Shown: positions 9,145-18,586 of the stretch, one piece after another
Position numbering within the stretch: the stretch's first letter is position 1
How the letters are laid out: every line of letters starts with the position of its first letter
Translations under genes and position numbers: made by a program
Source: a virus
Taxonomy: Duplodnaviria; Caudoviricetes
DNA length: 60,665 bases
Strand: one strand, 5' to 3'
IMG/VR virus record: IMGVR_UViG_3300042923_000927
Location: 1-60,665 of that record
The notes under the pieces: model-generated
Told to the model about the DNA's origin: nothing
Databases searched by the model: none
What the model saw: the letters and a program-made list of their open reading frames with translations, nothing else

Positions 9145-9968
9145 TGGATAAAACTTTAGCACAGCATTGGGCAGACTTCATAGAGGAAATGGTATGTGCG
9201 GATGGTTACACCTGCCAGCTTCGGAAATTCGTTCAAGGTCAGACATGGGTCATTCCTGGAGATATGTGGACAGAAGGGAAGTCATTAACATTTGAACAAC
9301 TCGATTATACGGAAAAGAACAAAATGGCTCAGCTTATGCGCAACTATTACAATGCTGAATCCATCGCCGAGGCCAATACGAAGCTCCTCTCCCGTTTCGA
9401 CGGTAAAAAGTATCAAACTTCTGTGGCGGCATCCACAGTAGGTGGTCAGAAAAAGGGAGACAGCCAAGGTCATTGCATGAGAACTGTGGTTGTAACCCAT
9501 TTCACCAAATCGGTAGCTGGTCAGGACTGCATCACAATCGACGTCATGTATCGGAGTACGGAGTTGATTAAGAAGTTCGGGGCAGACTTAATCTATCTCC
9601 AAAAGCATCTTATTCCGAAAATCATCGAAGGCGTTCCTTACCCAATCAAGGAGGTCCGATTTTACTTTTCTAACCTGTTTGTATCGTCCCTTTTTCTTCC
9701 CATACTTTATTATATGAAGGATCCGGTTAAATTATTGGAAAAAATTCGACAAGCAGACCCGGAATTCTACAAACGGTGTTTTTCACAGAATCGGACATTT
9801 CTTGAAAAGGAATATGGCCACTTCAGTTATCGTACCAGACGGGAAATGCATCACCTCGCATTGACCCTGATGGAAAAAGGGGTAATTGATCGGAAGGCAT
9901 TAACCAAATACATTTCAAAAATGGGCAAAGACATTCCCGATATCGAAGGAGAAGATGACGATGAATAA
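9141..9968 (+). CDS. Divergent thymidylate-synthase-fold protein 1
   Basis: GHC (catalytic-Cys-like), then YRSTELIKKFGAD aligning with TS RSxD...N/D; located in the nucleotide cluster. Confidence 0.55.
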   Translation: MMDKTLAQHWADFIEEMVCADGYTCQLRKFVQGQTWVIPGDMWTEGKSLTFEQLDYTEKNKMAQLMRNYYNAESIAEANTKLLSRFDGKKYQTSVAASTVGGQKKGDSQGHCMRTVVVTHFTKSVAGQDCITIDVMYRSTELIKKFGADLIYLQKHLIPKIIEGVPYPIKEVRFYFSNLFVSSLFLPILYYMKDPVKLLEKIRQADPEFYKRCFSQNRTFLEKEYGHFSYRTRREMHHLALTLMEKGVIDRKALTKYISKMGKDIPDIEGEDDDE

Positions 9969-10233
9969 AATGGCCGAATTGAAAGGCTCAATGGAAAACC
10001 CTCCGAAACGAGGACTGGATTCACTTGCACAGGAATCGCTGGGTCGAGCAATGGACTTGAGAAAATCGGTAGAGGCATTGAAAGGGGACTTATTCGGGCA
10101 TTTTCCAAATGGTGAGCATGTAGGTAGTCCCGATGAGCCAATGGGAATTCAGGATAAGCTTATGATGACATGTGGGGTTCTTGGTTCAATTGAAAGGCTT
10201 CTCGCAGAAATCATAGATGGGACTCGTTCCTAA
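9961..10233 (+). CDS. Hypothetical protein
   Basis: ORF coupled to both neighbours. Confidence 0.6.
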   Translation: MNKMAELKGSMENPPKRGLDSLAQESLGRAMDLRKSVEALKGDLFGHFPNGEHVGSPDEPMGIQDKLMMTCGVLGSIERLLAEIIDGTRS

Positions 10234-11048
10234 TGGCGATTATCTTCAAAACGTTTGAAGCTGCAATACAGGATGCGAAGGACAGGCTAGCTTCCAATGG
10301 CAGACTGGTTCACACTGAAAAATGGCAAGGAATGGACATCCGGGATAATGATATGATGACCACCCATGAACTCATGAACCATTCCTTCACCTGCAAAATT
10401 GATTCTGATGTTGATGAACTGAAGCGGCAAATCAAACCTAATCTCCCATGGGCTGATGATCATTTTTTGGAACGAGTAGGTGAAGTCGGGCTAAATCCCG
10501 GTGTCCAATACGCCAACTGGCCTTATTACAAACGGCAATCCGATAATGACCAACATCGGGTAGAGCAAGGAAAATTCAGCCACACTTATATGGAACGCAT
10601 GTGGCCGAATAATACAGACTCGACTGAGTATAATGGATACCACAATTTCATGCATGGAATTCGATATCGGTATGGAGACTTGAACGACGTTCGCCGACTA
10701 CTTCAAAAGGAACCTTTAACTCGGCAAGCATTTCTGCCAATATGGTATCCGGAGGATACTGGATCGGTCCACGGAGGTAGAGTTCCATGCACACTCGGTT
10801 ACCACTTCATGATGAGAGAGAATAAGCTCCACATGTGGTACCCCATCCGGGCCTGCGATTTCAACAGACATTTCCGAGACGATATCTATCTCGCCTGCCG
10901 ACTCCTATTATGGATGTTGGATGAGCTTCGGGAATATGGGTCAATGAGTGGAGATTATATGTGGAACTCAGTTACTCCCGGCAACCTGACAATGCAAATC
11001 TACTCACTTCATGTATTCAAAAACGAGGTACCATTGTTAAGAAGGTGA
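10233..11048 (+). CDS. Thymidylate synthase / pyrimidine (hydroxy)methylase family protein
   Basis: EPLTRQAFLPIW, RVPCTLGYHF, IRACDFNRHFRDD and IYSLHVF motifs. Confidence 0.85.
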   Translation: MAIIFKTFEAAIQDAKDRLASNGRLVHTEKWQGMDIRDNDMMTTHELMNHSFTCKIDSDVDELKRQIKPNLPWADDHFLERVGEVGLNPGVQYANWPYYKRQSDNDQHRVEQGKFSHTYMERMWPNNTDSTEYNGYHNFMHGIRYRYGDLNDVRRLLQKEPLTRQAFLPIWYPEDTGSVHGGRVPCTLGYHFMMRENKLHMWYPIRACDFNRHFRDDIYLACRLLLWMLDELREYGSMSGDYMWNSVTPGNLTMQIYSLHVFKNEVPLLRR

Positions 11049-11118
11049 TAACATGTGGACATGCTGCGATGACCCAAACTGCGAATCCTGCGAAGGTACA
11101 GGAAGGGTAGGAGATTAA

Positions 11119-11559
11119 ATGAAACATCAAATCGGGGATCGGACTTATGTCCGGTCTCTCGGCATTAATGGAACTATCGAACACATCGACTGGGATAACA
11201 TTTATATTCCATGGCTCCACCCAGTACAGTTGCTGTTAGATTCTCCGTATGACGATACTGGACATTTAATGTTCAGAACTGTCCCGATGGACTTACTACC
11301 GATTTCAGAAGGGAATGAGCAACTTGTACGTAATAAAAGCACCGGACATGCACATCGCATGGAAGTCAATCAACCTCGCAATGACCGATCCAAACGTAGG
11401 ATACAACAAATTCGCGGTGGATCATTTCTTGAATCTGTTCGATACAATGATGGTGTCATCTTCACACAGATGTCCAGTCATAACACTCGAACAATTAGCA
11501 TATTCGCCGAAGAAGGCAAATCATCTATTGAGATCATATTTGGATCCGGGGGAGATTGA
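11119..11559 (+). CDS. Hypothetical protein (N-terminal SH3-like); 3' half overlaps the next gene
   Basis: AGGAG RBS; MKHQIGDRTYVRSLGINGTIEHI. Confidence 0.5.
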   Translation: MKHQIGDRTYVRSLGINGTIEHIDWDNIYIPWLHPVQLLLDSPYDDTGHLMFRTVPMDLLPISEGNEQLVRNKSTGHAHRMEVNQPRNDRSKRRIQQIRGGSFLESVRYNDGVIFTQMSSHNTRTISIFAEEGKSSIEIIFGSGGD

Positions 11560-12115
11560 CAAATGGTTAATGAAGTTGGTGGATACTTATGTTAAGATCG
11601 GACATATTGACTCGGACATTATCTTACAAACTAAACGAGAAAGCAAACATGGAAATGGACCTTGTCTTCTCGGCTTCAGTTTCCGAACTAGAGGAGAGGA
11701 TGGTCCTACATTATCCGCATTTAGTAGAGCTGCTGAACTCCCCCAAAAGTTCGGAGCGGACATCTTACTCGCCTCTGCTCTGGGCCAAATCATATGTGAC
11801 CGACTTGGATTTGAAACCATACGAGTCACCTGGTTCATCGCCTCATCCCACATCAAATCCCGCATGGCCAACATGTTCAGACTCTTCTACTATCCCGAAG
11901 AAAACATTACCTATGGTAATGAAGAATTCCAAAAGCATGTGGAGAAAGGATGGCAGAAGTTTTTCGTAGACCAACATCCGGTTACATATGTGAAGCTGGT
12001 TAAACTGCAGGAGCTATACAATCAAAAGGTCGGAATATCTCCACCTCCTGGAACGTCAACAGATGCTGACGGGTTCAAGCAATTCATTATAGATTATATG
12101 GAAAGGGGCAGTTAA
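11315..12115 (+). CDS. Divergent thymidylate-synthase-fold protein 2
   Basis: GPCLLGFSFR...SRAAELPQKFGAD...FIASSHI; shares KFGAD and L-x-R-x-Y motifs with 9141..9968. Confidence 0.6.
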   Translation: MSNLYVIKAPDMHIAWKSINLAMTDPNVGYNKFAVDHFLNLFDTMMVSSSHRCPVITLEQLAYSPKKANHLLRSYLDPGEIDKWLMKLVDTYVKIGHIDSDIILQTKRESKHGNGPCLLGFSFRTRGEDGPTLSAFSRAAELPQKFGADILLASALGQIICDRLGFETIRVTWFIASSHIKSRMANMFRLFYYPEENITYGNEEFQKHVEKGWQKFFVDQHPVTYVKLVKLQELYNQKVGISPPPGTSTDADGFKQFIIDYMERGS

Positions 12116-12116
12116 G

Positions 12117-12551
12117 ATGGAAGAACGCGTAAGCCGGGATCAAATGTTCGCAGGCATAGCGGCCGTCATATCGCTCCGGTCAACCTGTACCCGAGCAAAG
12201 GTTGGAGCTATCATCGTAAAGAACAATCGGATCATCTCCACAGGTTATGTCGGATCGCCTCCAGGAGAGGACCACTGTCTTGATCATGGATGCCTTATCG
12301 GAGAACATGGAGGATGTGTTCGGACGATCCATGCGGAAGTCAATGCGATTAACTTCGCTCGGCTGAACGGGGTAAACCTAAAAGGAGCGGAACTGTACTG
12401 CACGTTAAGCCCATGTGAAAACTGTGCAGAGGAGATAGTAAAAGCCGGAATAACGGTAGTACATTTCAACCACGTTTACAGGAAAACGGAAGGGATAGAG
12501 TTACTTTCAAAAGGCGGGGTAGGGATTAACCACATTCTATACAAGGAGTGA
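12117..12551 (+). CDS. dCMP deaminase (ComEB-like)
   Basis: RSTC.RAKVGA, TGYVG, HAEVNAI and PCENC zinc motifs. Confidence 0.92.
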   Translation: MEERVSRDQMFAGIAAVISLRSTCTRAKVGAIIVKNNRIISTGYVGSPPGEDHCLDHGCLIGEHGGCVRTIHAEVNAINFARLNGVNLKGAELYCTLSPCENCAEEIVKAGITVVHFNHVYRKTEGIELLSKGGVGINHILYKE

Positions 12552-12556
12552 ATTCA

Positions 12557-12970
12557 ATGGACAACGAAACGTTTAAGAAAAAGATATTCCAGAAAGTGAA
12601 AGGGATGACGTATTCGAAGTTCTGGGAATGGGTTAATCATGGTCACACAGGAGCATACCGATTCGCTCAAAAGCATTATCGGGAAGCAATGGAAATAGAG
12701 CTTCAACCGAAACAGCGAAAAGCTGTTGAAGACAAAGTCATCCAGATTCGGGAGCAATGGGACAATATCGACGAAGTGGACATCGAGGATACTGGAGTAT
12801 TGGATATGATGAAAGCTGAGGTCATGAAACATTGCCACATATGTAAAAGAGGAACCGGATCGGGAATAGAAACCAAATCCGGAATCGTTATCTGTTATGA
12901 CTGCATCGATGAATTAAAAGCTAAAGCTGAGGAAACAAAAATCTTGAACGATTCAACATCGAAGAATTAA
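12557..12970 (+). CDS. Hypothetical protein with C-terminal zinc finger
   Basis: CHIC...ICYDC; AAGGAG RBS. Confidence 0.65.
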   Translation: MDNETFKKKIFQKVKGMTYSKFWEWVNHGHTGAYRFAQKHYREAMEIELQPKQRKAVEDKVIQIREQWDNIDEVDIEDTGVLDMMKAEVMKHCHICKRGTGSGIETKSGIVICYDCIDELKAKAEETKILNDSTSKN

Positions 12971-13038
12971 GTACGTTGGTTGGGATAAAATTTTTGGTAT
13001 AATTAACTATGTTATCGCATATGAAGGGAGGAAAACTC

Positions 13039-15444
13039 TTGATTCCAATAGGTAACCCCGAATGTGAGAAATGTGGTCTATGTAGAACCGCATCCACAGT
13101 CAACATTATGGGAGTTGGTCCAATTCCGGCGAAGTTCATGGTCGTTACAGACATGCCGGGATGGGCAGAGGATGAGAAGGGAGTTCCATTAACGGGGAAA
13201 GGTAAAGACATGCTTTACTCCATGCTGAAAGAAGCGGGAATTAATCCGAAGGAGTGTTACTTTACTAATGCGGTCAAATGCCGTACCCCAGAAGGACGAG
13301 CACCTAAAGCTGCTGAAATGAAAGAATGTCGGGAGTATTTGGATGGGGAGTTAGCGGTAGTTAAACCCAAGTACGTATTGCTACTCGGGTCTACCTCTTA
13401 CAAGATGATGCTCGGCTCGGGAAAGATCACGGACGATCATGGGAAGATAGTTGAAAAGAATGGTGTTAAATACATGCCATCCTTTAGCCCATGGATCGCC
13501 TTCCGTGACCCGAAAAGGGCAGAGCCTTTGAAAGCTGACCTCATGAGATTCGGTAATATGTTGAAAGGTGTATCATCTGAGCTCCCTAAATTAAATCTCC
13601 GATATGTTAAGAATTTCAATGATGTGAATGAGATGTTGGATGAAATTTCCGAGAACACCGTCGTTAGTTTCGACGTCGAGACCACATCATTAAAACGTCA
13701 TTTCGGTCATATCAACTTGCTTGGGATCGGGTTACAGGATAGTCAGTGGATTCTTCCTCTCGAATGGCATGAAGGATCATTCAAAGGTAAGTCGGCGGTT
13801 ATTAGACAGATTCTGGAATTAATAGCTGAGGCATTGAAAGGAAAGAAAGTCGTCGGGCAGAACGGGAAGTTTGATAACCTGTGGCTTAAACATCATTACG
13901 GGGTTAAATTCCCCCTCTCATTCGATACCATGATCGCTGCTTATGCTCTTAATGAAAACCGCCCGACCAACCTGAATTATCTCACCAAAGTATTCTTAAA
14001 TTGGCCAGGATACGATATTAGCACGGAGGAAAAGGTTGGTAATACCTCATTAAAGAAACTGAGCACTTATCTAGGATATGACGTATATGGAACTCGGGCT
14101 TTGTATTTCATACTAAGGGATCTTCTCAAAAAGGATCGGCCCACAGCTCGGGTATTCAAATTGTTATTGATGCCAGCAGCCAGAGCCTATGAGAATATCG
14201 AAGAGGCCGGGATGTACATCTACCCGATGAGGTTTGATGAAGTGGATAAGCACATCAGTACCCAGATGGAGAAGGTATTGGCTAAACTTCACAAATTCAA
14301 AGTCATGAATTGGGGTTCGACGAAGCAAGTTGGAGAATTTCTTTTCGGGGATTTAAAACTCCCAATTCTGGAATCCACAAAGGGTGGATCGGCTTCTACT
14401 GGTGAATCTGTTCTCATGAGGCTTCGGGATCAACATCCATGCATAGATCTGTTATTGGAATACAAAGGATTAAAGCAACAGCATTCATTTTTCATAGCCG
14501 GATGGAAGAAGCGGATGCACAAAGGAATGCTTTATCCTTCATTCAAACTGGCTCATACGGTAACTGGAAGAACGTCATGTGAAGAACCGAACCTCCAACA
14601 AGTTCCACGGGATCCTGTCATACGTTCATTAATAGGAGCTCCGAAGGGATGGACTCACGTACAGCTTGACTATTCACAAGTTGAATTAAGGGTAGTAGCC
14701 ATGATCTCCGGAGAACCGACAATGAAATGGGTCTTCCAAACTGGTCAAGACATCCACACTAAAACAGCTCAGGACATCTCGGGAAATCCTAAACCGTCGA
14801 AGGAAGAACGTAAACAGGCAAAGGCTGTTAACTTCGGATTCGTTTACGGAATGGGTTGGAGGAAATTCAAGGACTATGCTCGAGATAAATACGGGGTCAT
14901 ACTTACTGATGCTCAAGCAAAGACATTCCGGAAGAGGTTCTTCGAGTCATACAGCGGTCTAATGAAATGGCATGCTAAGCAAAGGAAGATAGTCGGCATC
15001 AGCGGACAAGTTCGTAATCTGATTGGACGTCTACGGCGTTTACCGGAAATTTATTCACCGGATCAAGGAATGAAGGCTGAGGCAGAACGCCAAGCCATCA
15101 ACTCTCCTGTTCAATCGTTCGCTTCTGATATGACTTTAATGTCGATCATCCAAATTGACAAAGAAATTCCAAAGGAAGATGCTGTATGTTTCGGGTCAGT
15201 ACATGACGCTATCCTTTTCCGGGTCAGAGATGAGGTATTGGAAGAAACTGTGATGAAAATCAAATCCATTATGGAATCTCCGAAACTGTTGAAAACCTTC
15301 GGGGTTAATATGACGGTTCCCATCATAGCCGATATGGATATTGGTGATTGGGGTAAAGGGGTTTCATTGGATGAATGGAAGGCATGGAAGAAATCTAAAA
15401 CGAAGAAGGAACTGTATGATTGGGTAAAAGAAAATGCTTCATAA
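13039..15444 (+). CDS. polA: Family A DNA polymerase with N-terminal family-4 UDG-like domain and 3'-5' exonuclease
   Basis: CEKCGLC/TNAVKCR (UDG-4); FDVETT, QNGKFD and YDVY (exonuclease); TGRTS, PNLQQ, DYSQVELR, KAVNFGFVYG and VHDA (PolA); TTG start after GGGAGG. Confidence 0.95.
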   Translation: MIPIGNPECEKCGLCRTASTVNIMGVGPIPAKFMVVTDMPGWAEDEKGVPLTGKGKDMLYSMLKEAGINPKECYFTNAVKCRTPEGRAPKAAEMKECREYLDGELAVVKPKYVLLLGSTSYKMMLGSGKITDDHGKIVEKNGVKYMPSFSPWIAFRDPKRAEPLKADLMRFGNMLKGVSSELPKLNLRYVKNFNDVNEMLDEISENTVVSFDVETTSLKRHFGHINLLGIGLQDSQWILPLEWHEGSFKGKSAVIRQILELIAEALKGKKVVGQNGKFDNLWLKHHYGVKFPLSFDTMIAAYALNENRPTNLNYLTKVFLNWPGYDISTEEKVGNTSLKKLSTYLGYDVYGTRALYFILRDLLKKDRPTARVFKLLLMPAARAYENIEEAGMYIYPMRFDEVDKHISTQMEKVLAKLHKFKVMNWGSTKQVGEFLFGDLKLPILESTKGGSASTGESVLMRLRDQHPCIDLLLEYKGLKQQHSFFIAGWKKRMHKGMLYPSFKLAHTVTGRTSCEEPNLQQVPRDPVIRSLIGAPKGWTHVQLDYSQVELRVVAMISGEPTMKWVFQTGQDIHTKTAQDISGNPKPSKEERKQAKAVNFGFVYGMGWRKFKDYARDKYGVILTDAQAKTFRKRFFESYSGLMKWHAKQRKIVGISGQVRNLIGRLRRLPEIYSPDQGMKAEAERQAINSPVQSFASDMTLMSIIQIDKEIPKEDAVCFGSVHDAILFRVRDEVLEETVMKIKSIMESPKLLKTFGVNMTVPIIADMDIGDWGKGVSLDEWKAWKKSKTKKELYDWVKENAS

Positions 15445-15462
15445 TGCAAAAGAATTTATCTA

Positions 15463-15491
15463 TTTACAATATTGACCGTCTTACCTATAAT
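15463..15491 (+). promoter_or_regulatory. SigA-like promoter
   Basis: TTTACA-N17-TATAAT. Confidence 0.75.
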
Positions 15492-15524
15492 TAACTTATA
15501 TCCTATGAAGGAGGTGATAAAAAT

Positions 15525-16523
15525 ATGCCAGGAGAAGTTATAAAGGTTTCGAATTCCAGGTTACGGCTATGGAGGAAATGCCACTATGCACACCATCTCC
15601 GTTACAATGAAAAACTGGAAAAGAAAGCCCCAGCAGTTCCATTGGTCCGAGGAAAAGTTCTCCATGAATTGATTGAAGCTCGGATATGTGGAAAGAAAAC
15701 CAAACCCATACTCCAAAGATTTACGAAGGAGTTCGATAAACTGTTTAATGAAGAAAAAGCCGAAATCGGGGATTTACCGAACGAGGTCAAACAGTTATTC
15801 GATGGCTACATAAAGCATTGGGAAGATGAAGATCTGGAGTACCTCAAAAAAGATGGAAAACGGGCCGAATTCGAATTCGAAGTTCCATTAGTACCTGGGG
15901 TCAATTTATATGGTCTTATCGATACGGTTCCTAAAGATTCTCGCGGTCGGGTATGGCTGATGGAGCATAAAACCCATAAGAAAATGCCAAGTGAATCTGC
16001 CCGATTTACAGACCTTCAAACAGTTCTTTATTGCTGGGTTCTTCCACAAATCGGATTTCCGAAACCGACTGGCGTATTATGGGACTACATTAGAACAAAG
16101 CTTCCGACGATGCCTGAACTCTTGAAAAAAGGCGGGCTGTCGAAAGCGAAGGACATCGATACCACGTATGAGGTTTACATGGGCCAAATCAAGAAATATG
16201 GTTTGGATCCGGATGACTATGAAGAAGTACTGGACAGGCTGAAGAATCGGCATGAATCTTTTTACCAACGGGTTTTCATGCCAGCTCCAGAAACGATCAT
16301 GAAAGCGGTAATCGCTGATGCTCAATCGACGGCCTGGGAAATTAAAATCCTGGGTAAAACGCTGAAGGACCGGAACATCACAAAGGACTGCAGCTGGTGT
16401 AGTTATTACTCCATATGTCAGGCAGAGTTAAGGGGATTGGATTCCGAGTTCATCCGGAAAACTGAATATGCCCCGAGGAAGGATCGGAAAGATGAGAAAA
16501 GGCAAGAATCCGAAACCGATTAA
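15525..16523 (+). CDS. PD-(D/E)XK Cas4/RecB-like exonuclease
   Basis: SNSRL..W.KC, GLIDTV, MEHKT, Q...Y and C-terminal CSWCSYYSIC. Confidence 0.85.
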   Translation: MPGEVIKVSNSRLRLWRKCHYAHHLRYNEKLEKKAPAVPLVRGKVLHELIEARICGKKTKPILQRFTKEFDKLFNEEKAEIGDLPNEVKQLFDGYIKHWEDEDLEYLKKDGKRAEFEFEVPLVPGVNLYGLIDTVPKDSRGRVWLMEHKTHKKMPSESARFTDLQTVLYCWVLPQIGFPKPTGVLWDYIRTKLPTMPELLKKGGLSKAKDIDTTYEVYMGQIKKYGLDPDDYEEVLDRLKNRHESFYQRVFMPAPETIMKAVIADAQSTAWEIKILGKTLKDRNITKDCSWCSYYSICQAELRGLDSEFIRKTEYAPRKDRKDEKRQESETD

Positions 16524-17352
16524 AGGTCGATCCAAAGGTGCTGAATACGATGAAATCGTTTCGAAGATCCGAGATGTTGGGGAGATCGAAAAGATTATAA
16601 AAGGGTTAGCATATGGGAAGTCCGGAACGGGAAAAACCACATTAGCATGCCACATTCTTCCAAAACCTTTGCTATTGATCGATATGAAGGAAGAGGGAAG
16701 CGACAGCGTACAAGATGTGGAAGGAGTAAAGGTAGTCCGATGTGAATCATGGGAGGACCTGGAGAATCTCTACTGGTATCTCGAAAGCGGGAATCATCCA
16801 TACAAATCATTCGTAGCTGACACAATAACCCAAGCTCAGGAATTGGCCCAAAAGCATGTGATGGCTGAGGAAGGTAAGGATTTCCTATCACTCCAAATTC
16901 GCGGTAAGGCATCGGAGATAATGAAGACATTATTCATCAATTTCCGAGACCTTCCATATCATTCATTCTTACTGGCACAAGATCGTACTGACGAAGTGGA
17001 TACGGAGGAAGAAGATCAAATAATGCCTTCGGTAGGCCCGGCATTAAGTCCGGGTATCGCTAAAACGGTGACTGCCATGGTAAAGTTGATTTTCAATACG
17101 TACATCCAAGAAGTAGTATCCCGTAAAGAAGGTCGCATCGAACGCCGTATGGAGTACCGGGTTAGAACTGGACCACATCCATACTACATCACGAAGGTTC
17201 GGAAACCGAAAAGTAAATCAGTTCCCGACTACGTGGTTGACCCAACCTTCGATGACGTTCTAGCATTAATGTCTGGTACGTATGTGGCCAAAGCACCAAA
17301 GGTATCCGGTGGTAAACCGAAGACGGGCAAACGTCCTCTCCGGAGAAAATAA
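16492..17352 (+). CDS. AAA_24/Sak4-like ATPase (recombinase)
   Basis: YGKSGTGKTT, LLIDMKEEG and FVADTIT; lies between exonuclease and SSB; start uncertain. Confidence 0.8.
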   Translation: MRKGKNPKPIKGRSKGAEYDEIVSKIRDVGEIEKIIKGLAYGKSGTGKTTLACHILPKPLLLIDMKEEGSDSVQDVEGVKVVRCESWEDLENLYWYLESGNHPYKSFVADTITQAQELAQKHVMAEEGKDFLSLQIRGKASEIMKTLFINFRDLPYHSFLLAQDRTDEVDTEEEDQIMPSVGPALSPGIAKTVTAMVKLIFNTYIQEVVSRKEGRIERRMEYRVRTGPHPYYITKVRKPKSKSVPDYVVDPTFDDVLALMSGTYVAKAPKVSGGKPKTGKRPLRRK

Positions 17353-17384
17353 ACCAAATCCAATTATAAGGGAGACATTTAATC

Positions 17385-18518
17385 ATGGCTAAAGCGAAAA
17401 AAGGTAAAACGGTAAAGGTTGACATGAAGGGAGTAGAATCCGGAGGAAAACGCATTCCAGAAGGAGAGTATGTGGTGGAAGTAGCGGAGGTAACCTCCGA
17501 AAAATCCAGCGAAGGAAATCCTTACCTGCAATGGGTTCTGAAAATCGTCGACGGTAAACAAAAGGGATCCAAACTCTATCACATTACTTCGCTGCAATCG
17601 CAAGCACTGTTCAATCTCCGCCGTACGCTGGAAGCCATCGGCATCGAAGTTCCGGATGGAGCAATGCAATTCGACCTCGATGAGGTAGTCGGGCTGCAAA
17701 TGGGAGTAAACGTCGAGCATGAGGAATATAACGGTAAAACGAAAAACCGGGTTACCGACATATTCAGTCTCGAAGATGAGGAAGGCGAGGAAGGTGACGA
17801 AGATGGTCACACCCAGGAATCGCTGGAGGAGATGGACGATGAGGAATTGGTGGAAGCGGCCAATGAACTCGAGGTAGAGATCGTTTACTCCAATAAGAAG
17901 AAAAAGAAAGTCAACCGGGATGCCCTCATCGCCGCTATCCTCGAAGCACAGGGAGAGGAAGAGGACGAAGAAGGGGAAGATGACTCCGATGACGAAGATG
18001 ATTCCGACGATGAAGAAGATGAAGACTACTCTGAAATGTCTGACGAAGATTTGGTAGAAGCGGCCGAGGATCGCGGACTGGAGGTTCCATACTCCAACAA
18101 AAAGAAAAAGAAAATCAACCGAGATAAATTAATCGAGCTTCTGGAAGAATACGACGAAGAAAACGGGGCCGGGGAAGACGATGAAGATGAGGAAGACGAA
18201 GAGGATGATGAGGACCTGACCGAACTCTCCGACAAGGACCTCATCGCAAAAGCTGAGGAAGTTGGGGCTGAAGCGGTTTACACTGGTAAAGGTAAGAAGA
18301 AAAAGCTGGATCGCGATGCCACAATCGCAGCTATCGAGGAAGCCGATGAAGATGAGGATGAAGACTCCGCCGATTCTCTGTCCGAACTGTCTGATGAAGA
18401 CCTTCTCGAAAAGGCCGAAGAATATGATGTGGAACCAGTATATTCCGGTAAAGGCAAGAAGAAAAAACTCGACCGGGAAGCCACAATCGATGCCATCGTA
18501 GAAGCGGCTGACCTGTAA
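17385..18518 (+). CDS. DUF669-type ssDNA-binding protein with four acidic/basic helical C-terminal repeats
   Basis: IPEGEYVVEV...GNPYLQW...VNVEHEEYNGK OB-fold; four repeats like LEEMDDEELVEAA.ELEVEIVYSNKKKKKVNRDALIAAILEA. Confidence 0.8.
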   Translation: MAKAKKGKTVKVDMKGVESGGKRIPEGEYVVEVAEVTSEKSSEGNPYLQWVLKIVDGKQKGSKLYHITSLQSQALFNLRRTLEAIGIEVPDGAMQFDLDEVVGLQMGVNVEHEEYNGKTKNRVTDIFSLEDEEGEEGDEDGHTQESLEEMDDEELVEAANELEVEIVYSNKKKKKVNRDALIAAILEAQGEEEDEEGEDDSDDEDDSDDEEDEDYSEMSDEDLVEAAEDRGLEVPYSNKKKKKINRDKLIELLEEYDEENGAGEDDEDEEDEEDDEDLTELSDKDLIAKAEEVGAEAVYTGKGKKKKLDRDATIAAIEEADEDEDEDSADSLSELSDEDLLEKAEEYDVEPVYSGKGKKKKLDREATIDAIVEAADL

Positions 18519-18586
18519 TATCTGAACTTATACAACATCATGGGGCTATGCTTTCGGGCATGGCTCCTTTTCATAGGAGGATGATC

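Noticed and set aside
10233-11048. Calling this gene a plain thyA
   Set aside because: It lacks the canonical RSxDxxxGxxFN signature (reads RACDFNRHFRDD), so the substrate is uncertain
15525-16523. Cas4-like nuclease as evidence of a CRISPR-Cas system
   Set aside because: It sits in an exonuclease-ATPase-SSB recombination module, and no array or other cas genes were seen
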